Assembly (NCBI GenBank): GCA_011109175.1
Contig: RDEW01000001.1
Coordinates: 2,049,485 to 2,113,484 of the forward strand
DNA from: Dicyema japonicum
Taxonomy: Eukaryota > Animalia > Dicyemida
DNA: 64,000 nt
Reading direction: 5' to 3'
In this document: positions 1 to 12,849 of the stretch, piece after piece
Position numbering within the stretch: the first letter of the stretch is position 1
Layout: each line of letters begins with the position of its first letter
Notes under the pieces: generated by a model
Seen by the model: only the letters and a program-made list of their open reading frames with translations
Databases searched by the model: none
What the model was told of the DNA's origin: nothing
Translations under genes and position numbers: made by a program

Positions 1-623
1 TATTGTCAATCTTACATAAAAAATCTTTTTGGTTCGGGGTCTCGAGCTTTGTTCCATTTGCTCGGCAATTATCAATCGTTCTATAAATGTGCGTCGGCAG
101 TGATCGTATAATTTAGAATCCAGGGACGGTGAATTAAATTTAGAAACCGATACACCATTTTCAACAGGATCCCGAGCCAATTGCTCAATGGGTACTTGTC
201 GGCGTCTTTTAATGTTAGAGCGTCATAAATTCAGACTATGTTATATCTTCATCGAATTTAGATTTAGAGGTCTCCAAAATGACTTTCAATCCTCCCCGGG
301 AGATACGGCCAAGTCTGCCTCGGATAGAGTATTGGACTAATTTAGTCCATTTCTTTTGTTCATCTGCCTTTGTAGAAAGTAGTATTGCTCGTAGAACATG
401 TGGGCGAGTTACAGAAGCATCAATTCCAGAAAGAGGCTTGACCAACTCGATGGCCGGTGACTCTGCATTTCCTATATTTCTTTCGGCTCCGAAGTCACAG
501 CATTCTGGTTTGTTTTTTTCGATGTTTCGTAACAACAACCATATAACACGTGTTCTATCAATCTTTAATTTCAAATGTTTTGAAATATATAAATTCTCAA
601 AAAACTGTTATTTTATAGTAAAA

Positions 624-2506
624 TCAATTAAAGTAAGAGGAGGGAACATTTTGTTTGCCTTTTGATTTATTTGTCGGGGATATTGTACGAGATCTAAACA
701 ATTCTGAAGGAATATATGGAATTGGAACATTTCTGGTATTAATTTTCGGATATTCCTCTTTTCCATTCCTTATAGTTTTAAAAATATAAAAACCCAGTAT
801 TTTCTGAATTAGAGGAATTATCACATTCATTAATAATTTCATTAACAGAATTGTCCTGTTTTCCATATTGTATTACTTGTGGTGATGTTTGAAGATTGTT
901 CAGTTGACGATGAAGCCATGCTATTACATTTTGTGAAGTTCTTTCTTTTTCTATTACTTGCTCCAATTTTATTACATTTTCATTCATTTTTTTAGATAAT
1001 TCATTATTCTATAATAAATTTTATTTTACAATCTGTTTGCTTTCTTCTAACTCTTCTTTGACTTGTTTTAAATTAATAGTTATATTATCAATTTTTGAAA
1101 GATTTATTTCCTCTTCCCCCTTTACTTCTTCCAATTCTTTTCGAGAGTTTTATTTTTTAACATAAAGTATTCACATTTTCCTTCCAAATCAGTTTTGATT
1201 ATTTCTTTTTTATTTAAATCATCCTCAGTGATTATCAATTTCTCATTTAGTCTTACCATTTCATCTTTTATAGACGTAATTTGATCTTCCAAATTATTCT
1301 ATACTAATAATTCAAATTTTACCTTTTTATCAACTTCATCTTTCAGAGACTGTTCAATCCTTAATATTTTATTCCTTTCAATTTCCAACATACTTTCTAA
1401 TTCCCCACATTTTGCCCGATATGTGTTTATAGTTCTTTCATTTTCATGTCTATTTTCTTCCAAGTCACAATTTTCTTTTCTGACTCTTTTTAAATCCTGG
1501 GAGTAACGGACATTTTGTTCCTCCAAAAGTTGACATCGAGTATTCTGTTCATTACGGGTTACTTCCAATGTACAGTTTATTTCCACAAGTTCCTATTATA
1601 TGATTAGATTGTTTACTTTGTTTATGTTTTTTAGTTTATCCAGTTTTTCTTCAAATTGAGAAACTTGTGTCAAATATTCTCTCATTTTGGCGGTTTCTTT
1701 TTCACGCCAGAATTTGTCATTTTCGATTAATTTCTATTAATATTAAAAATAATACTTCTTCGTGGGTTTTAGTAACCAAATCAATCTTATTCTGATGTGT
1801 CTCTATTAAGGTAGATTCTCTTATAATAGAATTTTCTTTATATTCTTTAAAGACAGTTTCCAAATATTCATTTTTCTAGATATTAAAATATTAAAGATAA
1901 CAGATTGTAAATTGGTTATTTTTGAATTCAAATCGGATTGATTATTCATATATTTTTCTAAATTTCCAGTCAATTTATTCTACAATTTATATAACTATAA
2001 ACTTCGTAAATATTAATTTTTTCAATCAAATGTTTGATAAGGAATATTTCGTCTGCTTTTTCCACAATTAATGAAATATGAACTAACAATTTAAATGGGT
2101 TTTTTTCTACGACACTAAATTCCGCTGTTTTTGAGTTTTTACATTCCACAAAATAAAGTATAAAACTAAATGAATAAAAAATACTTTACTTTGATGATTT
2201 GTCAGTAATGTTGACCGAACAAAAATCAAGAAGTTCAATAAACTTTGTTGGAAATAACCCAAAGTCCACTAAAAGACTTTGATCATGTTTTATTCTGCAT
2301 TGATTGTTTATAAATACTTTTGATAGTCTATTTCATTAAGTTGGAGTGAGTAAAGGAATCCATAATCACCTTCTTTAGTTAGTTTAATTAATAAAGTGGT
2401 TCTCGTATCATAGAATATTATTTAAAATATTTTATTAATACTTTGAATCACTCTTATTGTAAGTTGATATTACTTTAGAATATACACACGTTGATAGTTC
2501 TGGCAT
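624..2506 (-). CDS. SASS6: Centriole cartwheel protein SAS-6, multi-exon with micro-introns; start codon uncertain; one apparent 1-nt deletion near 1138
   Basis: Spliced translation gives the head-domain motifs LLIKLTKEGDYGFLYSLQLNEIDYQK-IKHDQSLLVDFGLFPTKFIELLDFC and EKNPFKLLVHISL, a long coiled coil, NVIAWLHRQLN, and C-terminal VPSSYFN*. These match known SAS-6 signatures (QGLLVDF..FP.KFIDLL, NPFKHL.HLSL, ITWLNKELN, PSAYF). Confidence 0.9.
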
Positions 2507-2893
2507 AACACTGTTGTCATGGATTTATTATTTATAATATTTTGATAAAACTCATTATTCTCCTTGACATATTGAAACTAAAAAAACTTACCAAGCTAAG
2601 GATGTGCCGCTCTATGTTTAATACATTCTTGTGTGGAAAAGATGAGGTCACTTTTGCGACACGTTGAGCATGTAATTAGTTAGTTGGGTTTTACTGTGAT
2701 TTTTATAATTTTTATTTAAAGCCATTAATTATCACGCTCAGTACAATTATTATATCTTAATTATCAATGTCGTATAATCTGAACGGTACAGCTGTCACAG
2801 TTTGTTGGTTAAACATACATATTAGACCCGTGTGTAACCAACTTGGGTACAAAGTTACTCCCTGATCAACAAAAAAGCCTAATAGTATAAGAT

Positions 2894-4157
2894 ACTAGGA
2901 CATTTGGCCGACAATTCAATTTAGCATAAATGATAAAGCAATACACTATGTATTTTAATAACGGTAAAAAATAGAATTTACACAAACCACTCGTGGAAAA
3001 TTTATGCATGATGGCTATGTGTACATTATGGATAGACAGAGAGACAATATAATATATTAGAGATGTGAGCTGAAGGAAAAATGCAAAGGCAGAGAAAGAA
3101 CTGTTAACGAAGAACTTAATGGAACTATGACACCACATGAACATCCACCAAATGCAGGACGTTTACATGCGCTAAAAACCGTCAATACGATAAAGAAGAG
3201 AGCGAGAGCTTCTGAAGAAACTACATTCACAGTTATCCAAAATTGTTTAAGCACATACTTTATTGATGCTGCTAGTGCGCTACCCAAAAAAGAAACCTTT
3301 GCACATACTGTTCGACGACAGCGTACAGATCAAATACAAGACGGTATTGTTCTAACTGATGAACTTAAATTTTTCCAAATGCAAATTTGTATGGCTGCTA
3401 CTTTCACTTTGGGCAGTGTTTATGGCGAAAAATACAAAATCTAGGACTGCAGGCATGGTATAATGACCCAGCAAATACAGACTCAATTAAAAGTATTCAA
3501 GAACTGGCATTTGTTCCTGTACCTCAAGTCATTAAGAGTTTCCGAGCGCTCCTTGAAACTATTGATGACGAGACTGATGAATGACCTATTTTGATACAAC
3601 ATGGATCGGAGCCTTGCAACGTGGAAGGAGAAGAAGACCATTGTTTAGCTTGGAAATTTGGATTGTACACGACAGACAGGTAGAAGGCCTCCCAAGAACT
3701 ACGAATTTACTTGAAGGATGGCACAGATCTTTTTCACAAAAAGTGTCTATAAAACATTTAACCGTTTGTCGGCTTGTTGCAAAAATACAAAAAGGACAGT
3801 AAGAGTGGGAGCTCACAGTAGAACAAGTGATGGCCGGAGCGTTGGATATATGAAGATCAAAAAGTACCAGGATGTGAACAAAAGGATAAACAGTATTATT
3901 GAAAAATATGATGAATACACTACAGTAGGATTTTTGAGTGCGCTTTCTCATAACCTTTAAGTGAATCTTAACTGTTTTACCTACAGAACAATGAGTATTA
4001 ATGTAACTTTTTAACACATTTTATTTGATGTTGTTATCTTTAATTTTATCTCTGAATTTTAAAACAATGTGCTAATAAAAAGTATGGCATATTTCTTAGT
4101 TATTTGTGCTAAATTTTTTGTAGGCCAAATATCTGTCGGCCAAATGTCTGGACACTC
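2894..4157 (+). mobile_element. Mutator/MULE DNA transposon, degenerate and internally deleted
   Basis: FLYWCH-like N-terminus, GCYFHFGQCLWRKIQNLGL and PRTTNLLEGWH motifs. Inverted ends share GACATTTGGCCGACA. Probable 9-bp TSD GTATAA(G/A)AT at 2885-2893 and 4158-4166. Confidence 0.85.
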
Positions 4158-4403
4158 GTATAAAATTAGAAAATTGAATATGGAGATTATGTAAGATATC
4201 TACACTTTGCAAAGACTCTATCCTAAAAAATGATAGTTAAAAACTATTTCTATATACTTTTCAGTTTTTAAGTACTTATTCACATTCTGAATTAATACAT
4301 GTATTGGTCACCATTACTCAGGTCAATAAAGTTATACCAATATATACGAAAACCATATTTTAAAGACTGTCGAATATCCTTGCCAACATCCTGACAAATA
4401 ATA

Positions 4404-5742
4404 TGTCACATGGGCGGCGCGTAACGCATGGGAAGCCTGTTACATTTTTTCGACCTTGAAAAGGTCTTTTGATTATCCGACATTATTATTATTAATGTCG
4501 GATCACTGGGTCAAAAAAAAGAAATAAAAGTTCTCATCTAACTAAGTGATCCCAGACCGACAAAGGTGAGGATGAGTCCCTCATTGGATTATCCGACATT
4601 TAATTTTATATATCCGATTTATATCGTGATTTAATCCTGTTAAATTAGTTTTTTATTTATAAATGTTATGATTATAAAGATTTTTTTTTTATAGCGGTAA
4701 ACCTAGATTTCTAGCGTGATTTATAGCATGGAAGATTATTTTGTTGCAATGGCTTCTTACAAGGGTTTTGTGAAAGATTGCGTTGAATATCAAACTTTAA
4801 AAGATGCTTTGCATGATAAATTTCCCGAAAATCTTCCGAGGCACCGAAAATATAGGCTTGTAAAGAAGATAGAGAATTTTTCTATTATCAATGACAGGTA
4901 TTGTAAATTTTCAATAATTTTAGAATGTATCTTAAATCAACTGATCCCAAGTTAGTCATATCCCTGGATAATGAAACCGAAATGGAGCATGTTGCGAATC
5001 GTTGCACGAGTTTTCACACGGAGGAGTCAATAAAATTATATCGGTCCATTCATTTTCTAACGAAAGTCCTTTCGAAAGATATCGAGGAATTAAGGGAATA
5101 AATTCAATAATTAATGGTTATACTTATATCACATTATGACTTATTATATAATTTAAGTGATGAGTTGTGCGATTCCAGAACAAATTGACGATTTGGTTAA
5201 TTGTTCGACTCCAGAATCTATTGAAAATTCACGTGGTTTGATTTAAAAAATTTATATCTAGATAATTCCCAGTCAGATAATTTGTGTCCGAATGCGAGAG
5301 ATTCAATTTTGAAATTAAATCGATTGAAGAAAATTCGAATTATTACAAAGCTATGAACAGGAAAATGAATGTTCATAATAGTAAATATACTTTTAACATG
5401 GGAGATAAAGTATAATTAAAAACATTAATAAATAGGTTCGGGCTAAAATAGGACTTTGGAACAAATACATTGCGACTGGATAAGTTTGAGTCTCAGTATT
5501 ATCCAGTTGCAGAAATAATTAATATTTTATCGAATAATCGCGTGGAGGTAGTTTTAAATAGTTTAATTTGATAGATAAAAAATTCGAAAGGAGAAATATC
5601 GACTGTATTAATGAGTAGACTAAAAAGTTACTTAAATTTAATTTTTTGTGGTTAATAAATCATTTACAAAATTAATTGAAGTTAATCTTGGTTCAAGGTT
5701 AATGTAACAGGCTGTCCATAGGTAACGCTTGCCCATGTGACA
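4404..5742 (+). mobile_element. Ginger-type DDE-integrase DNA transposon, copy A (integrase core deleted)
   Basis: About 42-bp imperfect TIRs starting TGTCACATGGGC; TAATA on both flanks; HH half of the HHCC finger (HEFSHGG) and a GPY/F-like C-terminal region; GT-AG introns at 4898-4923 and 5548-5574. Confidence 0.85.
4485..4586 (-). mobile_element. 102-bp 3' terminal fragment of an Ingi/Jockey-group LINE inserted in Ginger copy A
   Basis: 14-bp TSD GATTATCCGACATT (4471-4484, 4587-4600), (TAA)n tail, near-identical to the LINE 3' end at 58190-58290. Confidence 0.8.
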
Positions 5743-5814
5743 TAATATCTTCAAACTTATTTTGATTTTTTTACAGTCCAATAATTATAATTCATTATTA
5801 TTACGAAACAATAA

Positions 5815-6020
5815 CAATAAGATATAATTCTATTCATTTCGCGTCTGTATGATCATCGATACTAGTCTCTCCCACACTCTCCTGTTCGATGCCAGGATTC
5901 TCAGACTACTGAGGTCCTCCTCGTCCCTTGGAGTTCTTTTTACTGTATCAGGTCACTATTTATGAATTTTGGAAGCATTGTACGTTGACGACCTGAAACT
6001 TTTCCTCAATGTTTAATTGA
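5815..6020 (-). mobile_element. RTE LINE 3' fragment
   Basis: Translates to an RTE C-terminus (LRILASNRRVWERLV) like the other RTE copies here. Confidence 0.6.
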
Positions 6021-6128
6021 TCTTAATTATATTCGATCGAGCGATGATTTACTAGAATATATAATTTTTTATTTAAAATTTGTTTAAATAAAATTTTAAA
6101 TAATTTTGAATAATAAATATATTACGAT

Positions 6129-9100
6129 ATGATCGATTCACATGGTTATGGCGATTTTTTGCAATTACTTCCACAGATCTACGCTGAGCTTATAATAAAT
6201 AATAATAAAGAACCATTCCTCCTTAGTAAATCTAAATTACTTTCTTATAATACAAACCATATATCAGGCATGCTTCTTGTAGACAAATCGTTACTGACAA
6301 CAGAAATAACAGCAATACCACAAATTTCAGATTTTCTTTCATTTTCATCTGCCCAACGTCTTTCATTTATTATTCATCAGTTTTCTACTCTTTTGGATAG
6401 AGTAACTTTAAATTAAAATACTAGACTTGTAATCTCACTTCAGAAGAGTGTGTTATCGAAGATATTATGCATTTTGGTTATTCCTATTACCTGCAATATG
6501 TGATAGACACAATAAATTGTATTTTACACAGAAGTATTTAATTTTAATATTTTTAGAACTTGTAAATAATCTTAACCCTGAAATAGTGGCCGAAGCAGTT
6601 TGTTTTTTAGAGAGTGGACCAGTTATTATAAAATCTATTTTGCTTAATTTTCCCAATACTATATTTAATGGTAGTAATTATTTTTAAATTTAGTTCTGAC
6701 TCGTTTAATAATAAGATTTTATAGTAGACGATTGTCTCCGCATTTTAAAAGACATTTATGTGAGATAATATTGACAATATGTAACAATGATGAGTGTTTA
6801 ATAGGACATGCACTTGATTTGATGGTTATTTATATATTAATTTAAGATTATAAATAAATGTTTTCCTGATGTTACGATTGATCTTTGTCTTAAAAGTCAA
6901 AATTGTGAGAATTATATCGATTGTATGTTCTCTGGTGATTTGACATGGATTGTATTAACTGATAATAATATATTAATAAACCTATATACTCGAATACTCA
7001 GCCTTTGTGAGTCTAATATTAAACCTAATCTCATTAATGTGCTTACTATATTATCTACACATGTCGGTAATGCAGAATTGAATAAATGGGCTGCTCAAAT
7101 TTTAATGAATAATATTAAAGTAAATAAATATGTTGTAATTGCAATTCTTGGTTGGGTTTATACAATCTCTGACACTATTTTGTAATATTTTGTAATATTA
7201 TAGAAAATCTGACTTTTTAATTAAACTTTTTAATAATTGGTTGATGTCTCTTATTTTTAATACATTGGATGGAGGATATATAATTTCTTTATTGGTATTG
7301 AATGTTGTCCTTAGTAGTCGTAATGTGGAATTATTTGATAAATTGACAAAGAACATGTTTAGTTCGATAACAGTATATTATTATTATTGTTTATAGTCCA
7401 AAGTTATAGAAAATGGACGTATTTTATTAAATGGACAATTTAGTAGAAATGTTTGTTTATTTATTAATTATAGAAATTAATTGAAGGTGTTATCACAATT
7501 ATTAGTCGACTGTGTGATTTAAATAGGAATGATTATATTATATTAGATTGTAGCAGTATTCTTGCTTGTTTGTCATATATAATACATTCTAATATTAATC
7601 ATTCACATATCAAGGTTATTTTTCATTTTATATAGAAAATGCTCATGTTAATCATAATTACAGCACAATTCTCAGATAGCTCACTTTCTGTTGAAATTAT
7701 TGACTATTTTGTTGAACTACAATTTAAACAGGCTATTCATATTCCATCAATCAATGTTTATGGTTTTATAATTATAGGATTTATTAACATTATTCGACTT
7801 TATTTGTTCTGAAAAATCACAAATTAGTAATTTAGTTATGATTTGTCATTATTTCGTCAACTTTACTACTCTTTTATGGATTATTGATGTTAAACTATAT
7901 TAAGGAATCAAAATCATATGATAATTTCACTGCTAATGATTTAATTTATAAATTCTTGTATTATTTACCCATTCGATTGCTTTTACTCTACGGAGCCAGT
8001 CATCAACATCGTTTTGGTACTCTCTATCCTTCACTGTTGAGGTAAATTATATGTTAAAATAATAGACTTGTGATGTCTAGCTTTTCATATTATTGTCATG
8101 TAGATGATTGGCTAAGAAGAGAAAAGGAATATACTGGAAACCCTTGGGAATTAATTCATAAAATGTATCATCATTTTGGGGACTCTAATAATCGTTTTGA
8201 TGATGAAAAAATATCAAATTTTATAAAATCAATGAGTTTATCTGATGATTTGTCTTCACTATGGTGGGATTTGAATCTTGTTTATCCAAATTTAATATTA
8301 ATAACCTTAAATATATGGATTCCTAATAGAAGATTTACTGAAATACCTTCTAATCCCTTAATTCTATTTGAAGCATATTCTCATGTATTCAGGTTTCGAT
8401 CATTTATTATTTTTAGTAAAACTCATTTATTTGAAATTTTTATATTTATTCTTGAAGTTTGTTTAAAGTTTTCTACTTTACAAATTATTAATAAATCAAA
8501 TAATACTTTATTCGACACATTTCTATTTTCTCAAGATTGTTGTGTTTATCTAACTCTTTTAAATTTTCATTTCAAACCAATTGATGTATTATTTATATTT
8601 ACATAGGAAACTGATAAATATCAAACTTTATTCTCTACTCATCTGAGGACAGAGTTAGTTTGTACATTTCTCCACAGAGTTTTTATTCAAAATAGGGATG
8701 TTCTACAAATGATACATTTCCAGGTTATTTAATTATTAATTCATAGACTTATCCACTTTCACTCATTCCACTAACTTGCAGTTATATACCATCAATACAT
8801 GTCTGCTTTGACTTTCTTCCAAATTTGATCAAACAGACTGAAATTGAGAGACATGTTACATTTTTTGTTTTGTTTTAGATTTTCGGAATATATTTATTGG
8901 CACAACTTTGTGAACAATATCACATCCCTTCTGCTTTTAAAGTAAGCAAGGTGGCTTTGGAAATAATTATCCATAATTATTCAAATTTATTACCAAAGGA
9001 GAGAATCTATTATATTTTGACAATACTTAACCCTCTCATTCGTATTGCTATAACTCAGAAATGTTTAATGCCTTCAATTATTAATTTTGTCCTTTTGGTT

Positions 9101-9250
9101 CTTAGAAGATGCCATTTATCTGTCTTGAAATGTCAGGGTCTTTTTTCTGATTGTAATTTGTTTAATTTTATTTAGTTAAACGGATCAATGGAGGATATAA
9201 TGCACCATTTCGATTGTTGTATTGCAACATTCTCACACTTATTTTAAACT
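6129..9250 (+). CDS. INTS2: Integrator complex subunit 2, many micro-introns; exact 3' end uncertain (about 9247-9297)
   Basis: NCILHRKLVNNLNPEIVAEAVCFLESGPVIIKSILLNFP, CTFLHRVFIQNRDVLQMIHFQ-TYPLSLIPLTCSYIPSIHVCFDFLPNLI and LCEQYHIPSAFKVSKVAL align with INTS2 motifs (VAEALL...G...L.ANVP; LHQMYI....LVHFQGYPCELLPLTVAGIPSMHICLDFIPEL; LCIQYALPKSLSVARLA). Confidence 0.85.
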
Positions 9251-9508
9251 TGGTCATGAAATCTGATTTCAACAAACTCCTTGACGGATTTTTGTAAATA
9301 TCTTATTATTAAATTTGGAATATTTCTTAATATAGGTGACCAACAAATAGTTATCCGAATCACACTTCCTATAATGCTTTAAGATTTAAAATAAGTTCCT
9401 TGTATCTTTTTATCATCATCACGATCTTCGGTCGTTTAAAATTTTTGAGCATACAAGATAGTTTTATCTTTAATTTTTCCTGGAATCATATGAGTTGTGT
9501 TTCCGTTA

Positions 9509-12500
9509 ATTATTATTAGAACTTTCATGAGAGCCATAATATTTATAGCCCCGCATGTGCAGCAAAAATATAAGAGAAAGAGTTCAGCTTTTCTGTTCTT
9601 AACCAGATCCCTCAATGTGTCCAGGTAGTCGCCAGATGCCAAAGTTTTCTTTACGGCGTTAAGATCGTTTTGTAAAACGACTGGGTAGGTTGTTCTCGGC
9701 GTTCCGCGAGAGCGTTTTACATGGGAGGAGTAGTAATCTTCCATGGCGATATTCGGGGGGATGTCGGGTCCAACCTCAGGACGTATTCGAAAAGTCTCCA
9801 ACGAGAGCTAATGATCTCGAGACTTATTGGTGTACACTCCTTTCCGCAAGATCTTGGATGGCCAGAACATTCCAGTTATGTTTCTTTGATGATTCCTGTG
9901 AAACTAGTCAAGCCTCTCCATTCATCTTTTGAGGTGCTCCAGGTCCCAGAGTTGTATAGGAGGATTGGTTTGATAAAGGTTTCGTGTAACATTATCCTTT
10001 GTTTTATGTAATTCCCTTTCCGTTTTAGCCATAAGTTTTTCAGCCTGTGTAATACCGCGTTTGCCATGGTTTTTCTCCGTATGATATTTTCACTATTTCC
10101 TAATAGGGAGCCAAGTTTTTTTGTGTCTCCATTTCTCTTCGAGTGAGTTATTCATTCGTTTTATTTCTGTCCGTTCTGTTTTTTTTCTGTTTACAATGAG
10201 AAACCATTTCTCAAGTATATCTGGTGCTTTTTCTAGCACATGTTCCAGGAGTTCTTTGTTACAGAGATTAGGTCGACATCATCAGCATAAATCACTTCTA
10301 TTTTTCTTCGGTATAATGGTCTCAGTTCCCTCATCGCGGCCTTCATGTATATTGTGAATAGTAGCGGAGAGAGGGAGTCTACTTAAGAAGTGCCTGTGTT
10401 TTTTCAAATTTTCTTGAGTAGGTTTTTCCAACTCTCACAAGGAGCTCTGTATTAGATAGAAGGATTTGGATCATTCTTAGACTCGATTCGTCAATAAACC
10501 CTTCCAGCACTGTCATCAATTTGTTCCTGTTAACAGTCAAAGACTTTTGATAGATCTATTACCAGAATGTGGGTGGCATTGCAATATCTTTGATGTGCTA
10601 CACATCTCAATCTGTGACTCCAGACTGCATCAGCTGTTGATCTTCCTTCTCTGAACTGACTTTGACTTTCGGGTAGGTAGTTATAGGCGGGATCTTTACT
10701 CGTTCCAATACAATGTTAGCTAAGACTATCCGTAGAGAATTTGATAATATAATTGGTCGTAAGTTTTCAACCGGTCCTTTGGGTTTATTGGGTTTTTGAA
10801 TAGGTATTATAATCTCGTCCCAGGGGTAAAGTTGAGTTAGTTGAAAACATTTCATATAGTAGTGTAGCGATTTTTTTAAAAAGGGGGTCAGGGCCGTATT
10901 TCAGTAATTCTGGGTTTATCGTATCTGGTCTGCTACTCTGTTATTTTTTAGTTTTCGACATGCTGTTTTTACTTCCAAAAATTGTAATTGGTTTTTTCAA
11001 AGGTCTAGGCTTTTTTTGAATAGGGGAATTGCTGTAGTCACATTAAAAAGTTTCTCAAAATGTGTTGCAATTACCTCCGCTTGCTCAGTATTCAGTAATG
11101 TCTTGCCATTTTTGTCTTTGTTGATTATTCGTTACTTCCGGTTTGTTTGGAGTAGTAAACTAGCGGCCATATACTTTTGTGAAAACTTTTAGTTTGGATA
11201 CTTTATTGATTTTGCGAAGCAGTTCTTCTTGGTGGAGTGTCTTGTTCAGTCTTCAGATTTTTCTACGAATTTGGTCCCTCTGCCCTTGAAACGCTTTTCC
11301 TTGTTATAGTCTTTTTCGTTTAGTTTTTTGTATGGATTTCTTTTAACTATTTTGCTAACTCTTTTATAGTTCTGTATGTATCGTCGAATCTCGCTGCTGT
11401 TCACCTGGTGGAAGGTTCTACGCATCTACGATGCAGAAAGGGTTTGACGAGTGACGCCGTCATCAGTGGATACTCACTGCTGAACTGGATTGTCTAGAAA
11501 GGACACTCACACAAGAAAAAGAAAAAAAGAAGTGAAGATCATTCCTTGGTTCTACGATTAGTTAAAATTAACTGTTCTTTACTTAAATAAAGTGTGTGTC
11601 CTGCCTATGCGGAGCTATAAATACTATGGCTTTCGTGAAAAGGCTTTATATATATATATGTATCGTCCGGTCCATACTGGCCATTTCCCGCATGCCGAGG
11701 TATTGGCTTGCTGAGTCGTTTATTATATTTTTTGTGTGATCCCAAGAAATTCCTACTGTTGGGTCCTTCAGATGAGAGCATATGTGTTTTTGGTAATTTT
11801 TGACTGTATCTGGATGAGAGATCAGTTTTTACGTTGCGTATCCATTTCTATATTCTCATTATTTATTGTTTGTAATGTTGTTGTTTCCTATGTTGATACC
11901 TTTAGTTATCTCCACGTTTCGCCAGGCTGAAGGTGACAAGTTGTTGAACCTTCGTATGATCGTGTGTTTATAAGAGAGCGTTTGTCGTTAATCCGGAATA
12001 TAATAAAATCAATTTGGTTGTATATAGGGACTAGTTTTCCATCTGGGTTTCTTTGTTCACCAATCCAAGTGGTTATGCACGATGGGAGAATGCGGTGTTG
12101 CACAAGAACAGTTTGTTTGCCGTGCAGAAATGGCCAAGTATGCTCCCAGGCAGGTTTCTTTTTCCACGTCCGTGTCTTCCCATGAAGGTATCTTCTGATT
12201 TTTTTTGTTCCAATTTTTGCATTTAGATCTCCAGCAATAAATATAAGTGAGGACGACTTATGTTCATTATACGTCTTTGATAATGCTGAGTAGAATTCAT
12301 CCAGTTCGGTCGGGTTTTTTGCCACTCTCTCACAGTGTGGTGCATATACATTTATAATTGTTAGTGTATTTTTAGAGGAACATTAATTGTTCAGATAGAT
12401 CTGTATTACGCAGATCCTGTCATTCACCCGCCAAATGTGACTGATGTCAGATGATAGTTTTCTGTGAATGGCGAATCCAAGACCATAGTGTTTTGAGTCA

Positions 12501-12762
12501 CTGGGTATGCATATTAGTCGATATTTTTCATGATTTTCATCGAGATAGTACGTAATTTTCGTCTCTTGTATAGAGCCAATAGAAACGTTATATCTTTATA
12601 GATCATTACAGAGAGTATGTTTTGACTGAGGCTTAGACATTCCTTTAGCATTGAACGTATGAAGCTTTAGGGCAAGCATATTCTCTTTTATCTTCTGCTT
12701 TTTAGACATTTTTCTGAACCGTTGTACAGAGAAGAAACGAGCACGTCACACCTCGTCATTTG
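9509..12762 (-). mobile_element. Full-length degenerate RTE LINE (about 2.97 kb plus an inserted SINE)
   Basis: APE and RT remnants (DLNAKIG, YNQIDFII, GRPVENLRPI, LYADDVD-like, GTPRTTYP); TSD GTTTCCGTTA at 9499-9508 and 12763-12772; (TAA)n tail. Confidence 0.9.
11386..11656 (+). mobile_element. 5'-truncated tRNA-derived SINE
   Basis: Homologous to 25975-26280 and begins inside the B box; 11-bp TSD TATGTATCGTC (11375-11385, 11657-11667); (TA)n tail. Confidence 0.9.
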
Positions 12763-12849
12763 GTTTCCGTTAGTTATCTCCATCTATATTGACTAACATG
12801 GGAAATTGTTAAGAATTTCAATATTTTATTTTTAACTCCCAATATCCAA

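Noticed and set aside
4404-5742. LTR retrotransposon or solo LTR (TG…CA ends, integrase)
   Set aside because: Ends are inverted, not direct, repeats; no RT or gag; introns present.
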